Notes: a model not told the origin generated them from the sequence alone. Positions 22,901 through 30,316 are shown, numbered from the stretch's first letter. The stretch: DNA of 64,000 nt from Candidatus Multivoradales bacterium (GCA_965223325.1 CBDCWI010000002.1:544001-608000); one strand, 5' to 3'. Made by a program: numbers and translations.

Positions 22901-23848
22901 GAGAACGCCTGGGTGACCTGGGATACCAAGCCGCGCTTCGTTGCGCTCGTCGGTAAGGGCACCTTCGACTACGAAGACACCAAGGGCCTCAACTCCAACC
23001 TGATTCCGCCGCCCCTCGTCGCGTCAGCCAGCGGTCTGTTCTCTGCCGACCGCATCATTGGCGACGTCGTCGGCGACGATCTCAGGCCGGAAGTTGCGGT
23101 CGGTCGCATCCCCGTTCTCACCGAGGCTGAGCTCGACGCCTACATCGACAAGCTGGCACTCTGGGAAAGCGGTCAGAACTCCGGTTCGAACCGCATCACC
23201 CTGGTCGCGGACAACCCTGACAACGCCGGTAACTTCAGCGAGACCCTCGATGTCTTAGAAGGCACTCTCCAGTCGAGCCACGAGGCCAACCGCATCGAAC
23301 TCGCCGAACTCGGCCTGGTCGAAGCCAAGAGTCGCCTCCAGGCGGCCTTCAACGAAGGGTCCTTCCTGGTCTCCTACGCCGGCCACGGCGGTCTCGACCG
23401 CATCGCGGCAGAAGGCATGATGACGCTCTCAGACCTCGGGTCACTGACCGCCAGCGGCCAGATCCCGATCGTCTCGGCGATGACCTGCACCCTCAACCGC
23501 TTCGAGGTCCCGGGCTTGACCTCGCTCGGTGAGGCGTTGGTCCTCGACCCCGACGGCGGCGCGATCGCAGTCTTCGCACCGTCGGGCCTGTCCGAGAACC
23601 TGGCAGCCCAGGACCTCGGCGAGCAACTCCTCGAGGAGATCCTCAGCGGCGGCGCCGAGACTCTCGGTGAAGCGGTCCTCGCGGGACTTCACAGTGGCGA
23701 CGTCAACCCGAAACGCCTCACCTCATACACCCTCCTCGGCGACCCGGCGCTCGTGCTTCCCGAGCAGGTGATCGATGAGGAACCCGATGTCCTGTTCGAA
23801 GACGACTTCGAAAGCGGCTCAGTAGCCAACTGGATCACCCGGCCCTGA
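10985..23848 (+). CDS. Giant secreted/surface protein (~4290 aa): signal peptide, 5 jelly-roll/MAM-like domains, ~16 SdrD-B-like domains, propeller-like and DUF11-like segments, C-terminal C25 (gingipain-like) cysteine peptidase
   Basis: Hydrophobic signal ending AAA-Q; repeated IG(D/G)xVWxDxDGD...GEPG...DFGY units; LPxxEGFE...DGxxxDDI domains; C25 motifs VAVGRIP, SYAGHGG (His codon 23384) and AMTC (Cys codon 23486), YTLLGDP. Confidence 0.85.
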   Translation: MSMLVYPAQVQPRLSRAAAALPLAPLVLLTALLLASPAAAQLTLPHTEGFESANSATYTTAQNPVPGLTGVEFKKTNNARLRTAYTSGIRTGSRSITMDSSSGYSRGDVIVKLDLSNYTGGCSSVSIDFWFREYADEPHSTQSAGTSNPPLVGETTTTPADANDWVYIRGSNTDDWVLAYNWGASASSTFQKVTLNVGTLLSGASPAQSISSTTELMFRWYDNSGVTGDGVAFDDITVTETNTCSTLSGRVGIDGKSGGFGVLGSSDAEFPASVQLELQDGVCAPAVNCPTTTTNSSGAYSFPNLLTGTYTIDVRDTDIPLGFVLEPGTTSVGATAEPMTSISVTNPTNKTMNFAYVPTAPSLPLKEGFEGAGNDTYTAFTNRLAGLSNVYFGDEDGTSVGRLRTAVGSAFYHGGDNAATVDTTTGSIADTEVILSYDLSAFDTATDTVMLEFWWMDHADENNWPEFVSFRASSNANWSQIYDRGVNSQDTSPPANIAPNDGIWQQVTVDLTANHLSPVSGAPSNFTKSFQLRFHQRDNAQTTSTTGGDGVTWDDICIYLQGGADCSGSEIGNRIWNDLDGDAVDDPGEPGIPGLTVTLRDDAGNQLDQTTTDAQGAYSFITSLTGTFRVVITPPAGANNTSDPDGGICTSQQQLGVCDHETTLTIAAPGEVHTDRDFGYLFTGSIAGTVLDDRDGDTVADPGEGGIAGLTVELRQGAVVHQVTTTDANGDYSFVSVGPATWTTVITTAPAGATPTFDPDDASAPVSTAHQSVYTLPFGQQKSAYDFGYQYQGSISGRLWDDQDANQVQNGAEPGIVGATLTLKNGADTHLIVTTDANGDYSFTAIPGATWDVIVTRPPGGLATFDPDATLDNQTQIVLAAGGTSTAQNFGYDIAPAIGGRVWNDTNQNGIVDSGEAGYDGIDLELRDGTCTPGTNCPVETTAGGGFYEFRGLSAGIAYVILIDECTLPISGVLTTSNVPYNRTLAANEIVGDANFGYRAQTLPVVEGFEGALDRQAQYTANSCVRGAPGFDFAHDNVGRLRLQAGEDFNTSHPEAWKRARYYYRNGLASALLDTATGGQVSQNDLTLSLDLSDLALASDELLLDYSVFDHSDEGAAGDKVEMRVGTMAAGLWVEVEDWGAADRNEVWTDVANLNLSQVLRDYNTANGTSHDFDSGFQVRWRQVDNNPATQPSWSDGLSVDDIWLRLGTGTAHLGGQVWKDLDNDVTLDPGEGAPCLLVELYDDTNGNGVLDGVEGNTVLRTSTAAADGSYEFPALAAGDYLVDINSDYLPHQTNVVGAPFATTLSAGQQVTASNIELSGRVVLPYSQGFEDATDRVYFGDTDCLNGLPDFSFSEPDTPTTVGYGRVNFIHSAAHVKTGNRAATLDGGPFSSLDDEEELILTLDMSNYDITMPVTLDFQMMPHSPFGSSFMQEAKVFIRGSKSDAWLELYDLENTRTTNDQGTYKLYSALDLSDTLCTGAGASSPCNSSSPVQDFSSSFQIKWWGSQDLHAEVTYNDRQGGYSIDDITINGPGASVIGDMIYNDLDGDSTRDAGEPGIPGLSVLVKDSNGDIAATDTTAANGSYQLSVSGLGNHTIEVTPPAGATPTEDPDGTGTPNKSVYNVPFQGSFTDAQDFGYQFSGSIAGKVFQDANGNGTQNGVEPDWSGLTVELRQGATTYFTTTTNGSGAYSFTGLSPATWTVVVTRPTGTIPTVDPDGIATPDAYDVALAASQAVSGATLGYRYNGSIGGYLWSDDNLDGVQDPGEDPLVGLEVELQDGASNPIGVAQTSATGAYLFEHLPPNGYILLVAPPPGFLPTWDRDGSPDNTTAVALGAGQTVQDADFGYQTPELVGTVYHDVDGNGSFGAGDVTLANVDLTLLGPGCNPCSATTDGSGDYRFAGIAPSNYSLNVDLDTVVLSGQPKPKNPGALPATITLAPGSNTQNVGFEAEDLPGVTCTTDNDYYYDFTGIQNMTYGSGAGPFSGTIIGAPDWKWETEDQSVPGWSYSDGRIFTGENAIIDRDGSDPIQAITLHSQGWASKWVTLQLDLSPLGSSDLLLDFSWTDHGDDATWDDRLEVRGTTSDPWIRVQNFYPERNPDDQWIDFADINLASFLEANGQSPGATFQLRFGHRGQYLAALGTGYDGTTMDNVCLRTGNVPDTGDLIGFVFRDYDADGERDDDEAPYAGVEIEITGPGCSPCTRTTDEGGRYTFEDLTLGNYTLNVTSVPGGGIQTKARRAPTNVVVRGGISTVQDFGFQSTLAFTENTVMTAKSKAIWFVDPTTGSARKATDTIVEGINSLAANPNSCQVYYGVDKSLYRWDVISDTHHLISDLGVDYAGTFTGQNLDSSGATYWPPTDTLYLGAEGGPAGSFDAEGIYKITMGSGGTAITSLTRIDIQNIAATDPETPHSPVGGFGDFVAFDNGSGGVRLFGSTQNNNPKEIYWWTYDDASGDYVHLRTLGGGSKMYQLGRTPSGTIFSGQSYILQRMSPVDGTLLGDPIEVPATFHINDMTGFISGCLAQIGSAKRVVTGPTNNGDGTWTVGFRVRVENHGVSNLFDVQLADTLDVEFGTHVVGVPAAPGQYTVSAAPNLSATSGGAVLTANAAFDGSGDQNLLTLNGGDSLPIGATADVDFSIRFFPVTTKSVFYNQVLAAADTAENGTTEGETDDLSDNGADPDPGDGSGGAANDNPEDSDEDDPTPVAINTGYDLAMTYTYVSDTSLDGISNDARARSGDEITFMVTLINQGTTAVTNPVLRAYVDSSLFANFRLGDNPNAATGGTHSIPYTWAVSGGHGLVTLNGSLPGGGSVTLPVTLTLTSNAQGTKRAYVEVYSDNGADVDSTPESEELNNNGDPLVLGVTDGTGGDEDDHDASEFVIPGGGIGDFIWHDINNNGSQNGSEPGIGGVTVRLYRDDGTTPGVLDGGDTLIATTVSDGNGGYAFFGLEEATYIVDPDETTMSPGFSPSFGATGVSGPIVLVADTFNDTVDFGYTNAGSSAIGDFVWYDTDGDGEQDPGEIGFKNIGVGVTGPGGYNQATTTDSAGLYLVTGVTQSGTYTVTINTASLPAGVNPVPTNQPSASAPHNVLNPQDYLRADYGFNGGNPGTIGDLVFRDLDNDGVRDVGEPGIGNVTVDLTDGSGVHIATTTTAVDGSYDFSGVFPGTYQVVVTDTNGALFDVQLCAGSSPTGNIGLLAGQDYNGADFGYCPNEEGLIGDLVFHDQDGDGFFDPDESGIELVELELWRDENNDCILQEGFDTLLRTTKTDEIGRYRFQVLDTPEDYLVRPIVTQPVLAPMTQTIGSIGSDEYGQPSPYCAQLTLASPTRIGADFGFRTAAGLLISGTVFKDAEANGVYEPQVSDEPVPNATVTLYRDLNSNGEIDAEDPRFGQVITPANGYYAFTSLPGGTKWIVTSQVTNTVVSGGVQTTQTTTGGKEPVELQPVRNSTGHDFGYTTSPTLALITSFKAYDEGDVVVEWTTSSELGTLGFQLYRTSGGEWVPVGDYVASPGEPLGATYRVADPGASTSGMLEYALVEVEPRGGSRTYGPFQVFAQNAGRSAGTALGATARPRTGIHLDRQQARRVEARRPLENPNEVGTALKMTVLGGGVYSVSAATIADGLGIPLDRAEDWIAQGLFRLRRDLRVVDWWSNDGTSIQFYAPEANSLYTANVDVYLEQLSGRTARAQLLQPVAPVDGSTFLANVRQEDDVFGATAAARSATEEFWFWRVLGTFGNFRSTTIDFDLRHHTGEGPASVEVSVFGATDSERLIDHSFNLFLNDRLIDTVEWSGAGHRQFAFDVAGSDLLEYGNELRIEAEIPTGIGIGVFYLDAVEITHERDLMAENGQLEFFADEPVSTITGFDSQSVQVLDITDRYRPIRIGGATVDYQNSYRVTFPPTAGHTYLATEASAVENVTATPITPLQTAGAEYVVVAPRELSAAAERLADLRRARGLTAEVYAVEDIYDGLSGGIEDPEAIHGFLENAWVTWDTKPRFVALVGKGTFDYEDTKGLNSNLIPPPLVASASGLFSADRIIGDVVGDDLRPEVAVGRIPVLTEAELDAYIDKLALWESGQNSGSNRITLVADNPDNAGNFSETLDVLEGTLQSSHEANRIELAELGLVEAKSRLQAAFNEGSFLVSYAGHGGLDRIAAEGMMTLSDLGSLTASGQIPIVSAMTCTLNRFEVPGLTSLGEALVLDPDGGAIAVFAPSGLSENLAAQDLGEQLLEEILSGGAETLGEAVLAGLHSGDVNPKRLTSYTLLGDPALVLPEQVIDEEPDVLFEDDFESGSVANWITRP

Positions 23849-24104
23849 TCTTCGGGCTCGGAACGAAGGAGTTCGCGGATCGATACAGGCAAACCCAAAC
23901 GCAACACAAACCAGAAGGACGGGGCTCGATCGTTGTCCTTGCCGCTTCTTGGTTGATCGACGTGAGGTTGGTCTGGGGATGGTTGGGGTTGGTTTGGGGT
24001 TGTTGGAGAGGTCGGGGTGGATCGGCCGTGCGGGCGGGCGATGGGCGGCGGTCCAGGGCACGGCGACGCTTCGGCAGACTGCGAAAGATTGCGCCGCCTG
24101 CGCT

Positions 24105-24643
24105 CGACGGCCGCGAATCGGCGCTTCGCCTGCGATGGCGATACAAGTTCGGCCGTCGAGAGCACCCTGGACCGCCGCCCATGCGCCCGCCCGCACTCTC
24201 GCGCTACCAAAGTCGTGAGGACCTACCGCCCGACCGGGGCGAATCGGCATCGGGACGGACAAGGATCTCGCTTAGGGCGGGGGGTACGATGGCCGAAACG
24301 TCTGTGGGCTTAGGAAACGGCGTAGAAAAGGCGTAGAAAAGTGTCTGACACCTTCGCGACCTTCGCGAAGGGCGAAGGCCGTCGCTACAACCAAAAGGGC
24401 GAAGGCCGCGATCGTTGTCCTTGCCGCTTCTTGCGACGGCCGCGAATCGGCGCTTCGCCTGCGATGGCGATACAAGTTCGGCCGTCGAGAGCACCCTGGA
24501 CCGCCGCCCATGCGCCCGCCCGCACTCTCGCGCTACCAAAGTCGTTAGGACCTACCGCCCGACCGGGGCGAATCGGCATCGGGACGGACAAGGATCTCGC
24601 TTAGGGCGGGGGGTGTGCTGGCTGAAACGTCTTTGGGCTTAGG
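24105..24643. repeat. Two ~210-bp direct repeats (24105-24314 and 24434-24643) in a mosaic intergenic repeat region
   Basis: Near-identical copies offset by 329 bp; a 25-bp repeat at 23927 and 24409; a ~31-bp inverted repeat 24028-24058/24165-24196. Confidence 0.9.
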
Positions 24644-24731
24644 AGGCGGAGCAGGAAAGTGTCTGACACCTTTCGGGAGGCCGAAACGGCGTAGAAAAGG
24701 CGTAGAAAAGGCGTAGGAAAGTGTCTGACAC
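24341..24731. repeat. Three REP-like GTGTCTGACAC palindromes (24341, 24659, 24721)
   Basis: Identical 11-mer, each preceded by AAA; the same motif flanks the RAYT gene at 41.5-42.9 kb. Confidence 0.8.
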
Positions 24732-24777
24732 TTTTGGGGAGGCCGCGCTGGGGCGATGGCTTGCTGGCGGTGTGGTT

Positions 24778-25359
24778 CTAGCCGCCTTCTAGGGGGACTT
24801 CGGGCAGGAACGTTCCGACGAGCGCCAGTAGGAAGAGGAGCCCGCCCAGGGCCAGGGCGAGCCAGTTGCCTACGCTCCAGCGCCGCAGAGCGCTGAGGTC
24901 GTGGCCGCGCTTCTCCTCGATGGCTGCCGCGGTCTTGTCGACGACGACCAGTGGGATGAAGCTGAGAAACCCGAGTAGCCACCATGGGTCGGGTAGCTGG
25001 ATGAGAGCGGAGAGCGCCAGGTAGAGAACACCCAGCAGACCGGGTGAGAGCGTAGGACCGAGACCTTCTGCCTCGGCTCGATCGCGGATTCTGGCGACAA
25101 GGCTGAAGAACCAGAGCGGGCCGAAGAAGGCACGCCAGAAGGGCCACATCTGAAGGCCGGTGGAGGCCTTGATGTGGGACCAGTTCTTGTAGAGCCACCA
25201 GATCTGGTAGAGGTTGAAGGTCGCCAGTGAGAGAACGATCAGGTTGAGTGGGCCAACCGCGAAGAGGGTTGGTGCGCCTGAGGACGCAGTCCCCTCGAGT
25301 TCAACTTCGGCGGCCGGCGGCTGGTAGGGATTGGACGGGTTCTGATCGGCCGCGGTCAT
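24778..25359 (-). CDS. Hypothetical membrane protein (DUF4234-like)
   Basis: NPYQPP N-terminus, LSLATFNLYQIWWLYKNW, several TM helices; ATG follows GGAGG. Confidence 0.7.
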   Translation of the reverse strand: MTAADQNPSNPYQPPAAEVELEGTASSGAPTLFAVGPLNLIVLSLATFNLYQIWWLYKNWSHIKASTGLQMWPFWRAFFGPLWFFSLVARIRDRAEAEGLGPTLSPGLLGVLYLALSALIQLPDPWWLLGFLSFIPLVVVDKTAAAIEEKRGHDLSALRRWSVGNWLALALGGLLFLLALVGTFLPEVPLEGG

Positions 25360-25662
25360 GGATGTGCCTCCAGTCTCGAGGGCCAGCGCAGCCACTCGGG
25401 GTTGTAAGGGCGGGCCAGGACATCGTAGGAGCGGAGCCTACCCTCCACCCTCGCCACTCTAGGCGAGGTCCGCGTCCGGCCACATTTCGCCCCCCATCCA
25501 TTGCCACCACCGCCAATCAACAAGGCGCCAGGACGGCGATTGGGCGCCCCTCGTCTGGCGAGTCGTGCTTGGAGCGGTCCTCGACCGGTCGGATTCGCTA
25601 TGACTCGGAGTTGGTATGTTGCCGATCCTCACCCTTCGAACCAACAGGAGACGCTCCCCACC

Positions 25663-27234
25663 ATGAACGGCGCCGAAAAACTCATGCAAACTGCCGTCGC
25701 TGGCGGGGTCGAGGTCATGTTCACCAACCCCGGCACGACAGAGATGCTGCTGGTCGCAGCGCTCGACACCGTTCCCGGGATGAAGAGCGTGCTGGCGTTG
25801 TTTGAGGGAGTCGTGACCGGAGCGGCTGACGGTTACGGCCGTATGGCCGATCAACCCGCGATGACCCTTCTCCACCTCGGTCCCGGCTTCGCCAACGGCA
25901 TCGCCAACCTCCACAATGCGCGTCGCGCCCGCAGTCCAGTGGTCAATCTCATCGGCCATCATGCAACCTGGATTCGCAACTACGATCCGCCGCTCAACAG
26001 CGACGTCGAAACCCTCGCCGCGCCAGTCTCGGCCTGGCAACGCACCAACGCCTGCGCCAACGAGATTTCGCGTGACACCGCCGACGCAATCGCCGCTGCC
26101 CGCCAGCTGCCCGGCCAGGTCGCCACCCTGGTGGTTCCCGGGGACAGCCAGTGGGACGAACCCCTCGACGAAGCGGTCGTCGCAGTGCCGGGGCCGGCAG
26201 GCCGCGGCGTTGCGGACGCAACGGTCGCCCACGCCCGTGCCGCACTCGGCCAGCACAAGAAGTCCCTCCTGCTCCTCGGCCAGGGCGGACTTCGTGACAA
26301 GGGCTTGCGAGCGGCCGGCAGGATCGCCGCCACCACCGGCTGCACCTTGATGAGCGAAACCTTTCCCCGCCGTATGGAGAGAGGGCCCGACCTGCCGGCG
26401 CTCTTGCGCCTGCCGTACTTCCCGGAACAGGCAACAGAGGTACTCAGCGAATACGACCACATCGTCCTCGCCGGCGCAGCCTCACCGGTCTCGTTCTTCG
26501 GCTACGAAGACGGCCAGACTTCGCTGGTTCCCGAGGGTGTCGAAGTCACCGTACTCGCCCAGCCTACCGACGACACCGCCGACGCCCTCACGACCCTCGC
26601 GATGGCGATGGATGCCAAAGACTCTTTTGCCACGCCCGGGTTACAGCTGCCGCCGCGCCCGGAAGGACCAATCTCCGCTACCGCGATTGCGCAGGCGGTC
26701 GTCAACACACTGCCGGACAACGCCATCGTGATCGACGAAGGGGTCACCTCCGCCGGTGCTGTGTACCCAGTTTCGGCGACTGCCCCGCCGCACTCGTACC
26801 TCTCGCTCACCGGCGGTGCCATCGGCTGGGGTATGCCCAGCGGTACCGGTGCCGCGATTGCCTGCCCTGACCGCAAGGTCCTGGTGCTCGAAGGGGACGG
26901 CTCGGGTCTCTACACCTGCCAGGCGCTGTGGACGCAGGCTCGCGAAGGTCTCGACATCGTCAACCTGGTGTTCAACAACAGCGTCTATCGCATTCTCCAG
27001 GTCGAGCTCATGCGCGCGGGGGTTGCAGAACCTGGCCCGCAGGCCTTGTCGCTGACCGACCTCTCGAGGCCCGCGATCAGCTGGGTTTCGCTCTCAGAGA
27101 GCATGGGAGTGCCGGCCGTGCGGGTCGAAACCGCTGAGGCCCTGACCGTCGCCCTGGAACGTGGCTTTGCTTCAGAGGGTCCAATGACCATCGAGGTGAT
27201 GATGCCCGGAAGCGGAGCGATCTCCGCGCCATAA
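25663..27234 (+). CDS. ThDP-dependent enzyme, acetolactate synthase large subunit-like/decarboxylase
   Basis: MNGAE, FTNPGTTEM, FEGVVTGAADGYGRM, TLLHLGPG, GDGS...N ThDP motif. Confidence 0.88.
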   Translation: MNGAEKLMQTAVAGGVEVMFTNPGTTEMLLVAALDTVPGMKSVLALFEGVVTGAADGYGRMADQPAMTLLHLGPGFANGIANLHNARRARSPVVNLIGHHATWIRNYDPPLNSDVETLAAPVSAWQRTNACANEISRDTADAIAAARQLPGQVATLVVPGDSQWDEPLDEAVVAVPGPAGRGVADATVAHARAALGQHKKSLLLLGQGGLRDKGLRAAGRIAATTGCTLMSETFPRRMERGPDLPALLRLPYFPEQATEVLSEYDHIVLAGAASPVSFFGYEDGQTSLVPEGVEVTVLAQPTDDTADALTTLAMAMDAKDSFATPGLQLPPRPEGPISATAIAQAVVNTLPDNAIVIDEGVTSAGAVYPVSATAPPHSYLSLTGGAIGWGMPSGTGAAIACPDRKVLVLEGDGSGLYTCQALWTQAREGLDIVNLVFNNSVYRILQVELMRAGVAEPGPQALSLTDLSRPAISWVSLSESMGVPAVRVETAEALTVALERGFASEGPMTIEVMMPGSGAISAP

Positions 27235-27337
27235 GCGGCGGAAACCTCGCTCTTTTCGCTGCGTACCAGAAGGTGCCGACCCTGCCTACGGAGTCACACA
27301 AGGGCCCGTGAGCAATTCGACTTCAGGAGAGAACCGC

Positions 27338-29785
27338 GTGTCTGATCTTCTTCGCGACCTCAAGTACTCAGCCCGCCTACTGCAAAAGCGCCCAACGTTC
27401 GCTCTGATCGCGATCGTTTCTCTGGCGCTCGGGATCGGTGCCAACACCCTGATCTTCAGCCTCGTCAACGAGCTCTTTATCAAGGCCTTGCCGGTCGAAG
27501 AGCCAGGCGAAGTGGCCGCGGTCTTCGCCACCGATGAGCGCATTCCAGGCATGATGCAGATGTCGCACCTGAACTGGGTCGACCTGCGGGATCAGAACGA
27601 GGTCTTCGAAGACTACGCCGGCTACGCTTTCGCCCCCCTTTCGGTGGTCTCTGGTTCTCGCGACCCTGTGTTCCAGTTCGGCCTCCTGGTCTCGGGCAAC
27701 TACTTCGACACCCTCGGAGTGCGTGCCGTTCACGGTCGAACCTTCCAGCCCGACGAAGATCTCGTCCCCGGTGAGCGGCCCGTCGCGGTCGTTGGCCACA
27801 CCTTCTTCGAACGCCAGCTCGGAGGAGATCCCGGCGTCGTTGGCAAAGAGCTATCTGTCAACGGTCGTTCGTTTACCATTGTCGGCGTTCTTCCCGAAGG
27901 CTTCCAGGGGATCAACGTCGGTGTCGAGCCGGGCGTCTACATCCCCTTCGCTATGAACGCCGCGATCCTGCCCGATGCGGAACTGAACTGGTTCGATGAA
28001 CGGCGCGGCTTGTTTATCAACGGGGTCGGCCGGCTGCGCACGGGTACCGACCTCGACGCGGCGCGCGCCAACATCACCGTCGTCGGAGAGCGCCTTGGAG
28101 AGGCCTATCCCGACGATAACGACGGCCGCAACTTCGACTTGATGCCGGTCAACGAAGCCTCCATCGTGCCGCAAGTTCGCGGCGGACTGGTCGCCGGCAC
28201 CACCATGCTGATGGCGACCGTTGGCCTGGTGCTGTTGATCGCCTGCGTCAACGTCGCCAACCTGCTCCTGGCGCGCGCCACCGAACGACGTCGCGAGATC
28301 GCCATGCGCCTGGCGCTTGGCGTGTCACGTGCACGCCTGGTGCGCCAACTCCTCACCGAGAGTGTGATGGTCGCGCTACTCGGCGGAACCCTGGGCATTG
28401 CGCTGGCGTTTCTCGGGCGCAAGACGCTCCTGGCGCTTCTGCCCGCGTTGCCCTTCGGCGGCAACCTGACCTTGAAACTCGCCTTCGATCTTCCGGTCCT
28501 CTTGTTCACCCTCACCCTCGCCGTTTTGACCGGCCTCCTGTTTGGCCTGGTGCCCGCGATCCAGTCTTCGAAGCCCGAACTCGTCGCGGCACTCAAGGAC
28601 CAGGACGCCGGCGGCGGTGGCGCACAGCGCTTCAACCTACGCAATGCTCTGGTCGTCGCCCAGCTCGCTTTGTCGCTCGTCGCTCTGCTCGGCGCCGGGC
28701 TCTTTCTGCGCAGCATGACCGCAGCCCAGCAGCTCGATCTCGGCTTCGACCCCGATTCCCTGGTGGCGATCACCCACGACGTAGGCCTGGCGGGGTACGA
28801 CCAGGCGCGCGGCGAGGGCTTTCACCAGCAGGTCATCGAGCGCGTCGAGGCGTTGCCCGGCGTCGAACGCGCTGCTCTGGCCACCGCCGGTCCCCTGCAG
28901 GGCAGCATCATGCGGTCAGTGTTGATGCCTGGAGCCGACAGCGATCAGGAGCGTACCTTCGTGCAGGTCAATACGGTCGGCCCTGGCTATTTCGAAACCG
29001 TAGGCATTCCGGTCGTCGATGGCCGTCCGTTTTCAGCCATCGACCGTGCCGACGCCCAGCCGGCGGTGATCGTCAACGAAACCATGGCGGAACGCTTCTG
29101 GCCCAACGAATCGGCCGTCGGCAAGACCTTTCGGTTCTTCGGTCAGGATGAGATGGTCGTCGTCGGAACCGCCAAAGACATCAAGTACAACACTCCGGGT
29201 GAAGACCCACAGCCCTACGCCTATCGCCCCCTCGGGCAGTCGTACGCCACCACGATGACCCTGATCGCCCGCACCGAACGCGAGCCCGAGTCGGTCATCG
29301 CCAGCCTCGAGCAGGAGATGCGCGCTATGGACCCAGCGCTACCGCTGATCAACGTCAGCACGGTTCCCGATCTGCTCAGTGCGGCCCTTTTCGCGCCGCG
29401 TTTCGCCGCCGGCTTCCTCAGCATCCTCGGCGGCCTGGCTCTGGTGCTGGCGGCGATTGGCATCTACGGAGTCATGTCGTACGCCGTGAGCAGGCGCCAG
29501 CGCGAGCTCGGCATTCGTGTCGCCCTCGGCGCTGACCGCAATGAGATTCTGGGACTGGTCTTCAAACAGGGGCTGGCCTTGACCACCGTCGGCCTGGTCC
29601 TTGGCCTGGTGATCGCCTTCGCCAGCACGCGGCTCCTTGCCAGTCTCTTGTTCGTCAGCCCCACCGATCCCGTCGCCTTCATTGGAACCGCGGTCGTACT
29701 GCTCGCGGTTGCCTCGGCCGCGGTGCTCGTTCCAGCGCTGCACGCCATGAGGCTCGACCCTATTCGGGTCCTGCGCGCCGACTGA
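27338..29785 (+). CDS. ADOP family duplicated MacB/FtsX-type ABC permease
   Basis: DLKYSAR.L.KRP.F, LALGIGANT.IFS, LLIAC.NVANLLLAR, REIAMRLALG, RRQRELGIRVALGA, DPIRVLR.D. Confidence 0.9.
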   Translation: MSDLLRDLKYSARLLQKRPTFALIAIVSLALGIGANTLIFSLVNELFIKALPVEEPGEVAAVFATDERIPGMMQMSHLNWVDLRDQNEVFEDYAGYAFAPLSVVSGSRDPVFQFGLLVSGNYFDTLGVRAVHGRTFQPDEDLVPGERPVAVVGHTFFERQLGGDPGVVGKELSVNGRSFTIVGVLPEGFQGINVGVEPGVYIPFAMNAAILPDAELNWFDERRGLFINGVGRLRTGTDLDAARANITVVGERLGEAYPDDNDGRNFDLMPVNEASIVPQVRGGLVAGTTMLMATVGLVLLIACVNVANLLLARATERRREIAMRLALGVSRARLVRQLLTESVMVALLGGTLGIALAFLGRKTLLALLPALPFGGNLTLKLAFDLPVLLFTLTLAVLTGLLFGLVPAIQSSKPELVAALKDQDAGGGGAQRFNLRNALVVAQLALSLVALLGAGLFLRSMTAAQQLDLGFDPDSLVAITHDVGLAGYDQARGEGFHQQVIERVEALPGVERAALATAGPLQGSIMRSVLMPGADSDQERTFVQVNTVGPGYFETVGIPVVDGRPFSAIDRADAQPAVIVNETMAERFWPNESAVGKTFRFFGQDEMVVVGTAKDIKYNTPGEDPQPYAYRPLGQSYATTMTLIARTEREPESVIASLEQEMRAMDPALPLINVSTVPDLLSAALFAPRFAAGFLSILGGLALVLAAIGIYGVMSYAVSRRQRELGIRVALGADRNEILGLVFKQGLALTTVGLVLGLVIAFASTRLLASLLFVSPTDPVAFIGTAVVLLAVASAAVLVPALHAMRLDPIRVLRAD

Positions 29786-29792
29786 AAATCGC

Positions 29793-30242
29793 TCAGCTTC
29801 CGGCGGGCTCAGAAAGAGCGCCGTAAACGCTGAAGTCGAGGCACAGCCCGAGGGCCGCGGCGCGCCGGCTGCGGGCGGCGTCGAGTCGGAACGCGGCCAC
29901 GGTTTCGGTCGAAACCAGGCACGAAAGGCAGGGCTCGATGTTGCGGTCGGCGAGTTCAGAAACCGCCGCGGCGCGCTCCTCGAGCTTGGCGAGCCAGTAG
30001 TCGATCTGCGCCTCGAGGCCGTGTTTCTCGACCTCTGCCGGCGGCCACCGTTGCCAGCTGCCGGTAGGTCTGAGCAGGTTCAGCTGGATGGGAGTCTCAG
30101 GATCAGCACGGTCTCCAACCGCCAGAGGATCGAACCGCTCGCTGGCGCTGTGCGGCGCAAAGCCGATGCGTTCCGTGACCTCGGCGGGCACCAGGGTCTC
30201 ACCCCGGAAACGCAAGACGACGCTGCCGCGGTAGCTACTCAT
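29793..30242 (-). CDS. DUF4279-like protein
   Basis: LRFRGETL.PAEVT..IG..P N-terminus and LGL.LDFSVY C-terminus. Confidence 0.6.
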   Translation of the reverse strand: MSSYRGSVVLRFRGETLVPAEVTERIGFAPHSASERFDPLAVGDRADPETPIQLNLLRPTGSWQRWPPAEVEKHGLEAQIDYWLAKLEERAAAVSELADRNIEPCLSCLVSTETVAAFRLDAARSRRAAALGLCLDFSVYGALSEPAGS

Positions 30243-30316
30243 GAGGTGGGAGCTGGAGGAGACCGAAGCGAGCGAATCGCTTCGCCAGAACGAGGCTTAC
30301 GTACCACGCGTCGCAC

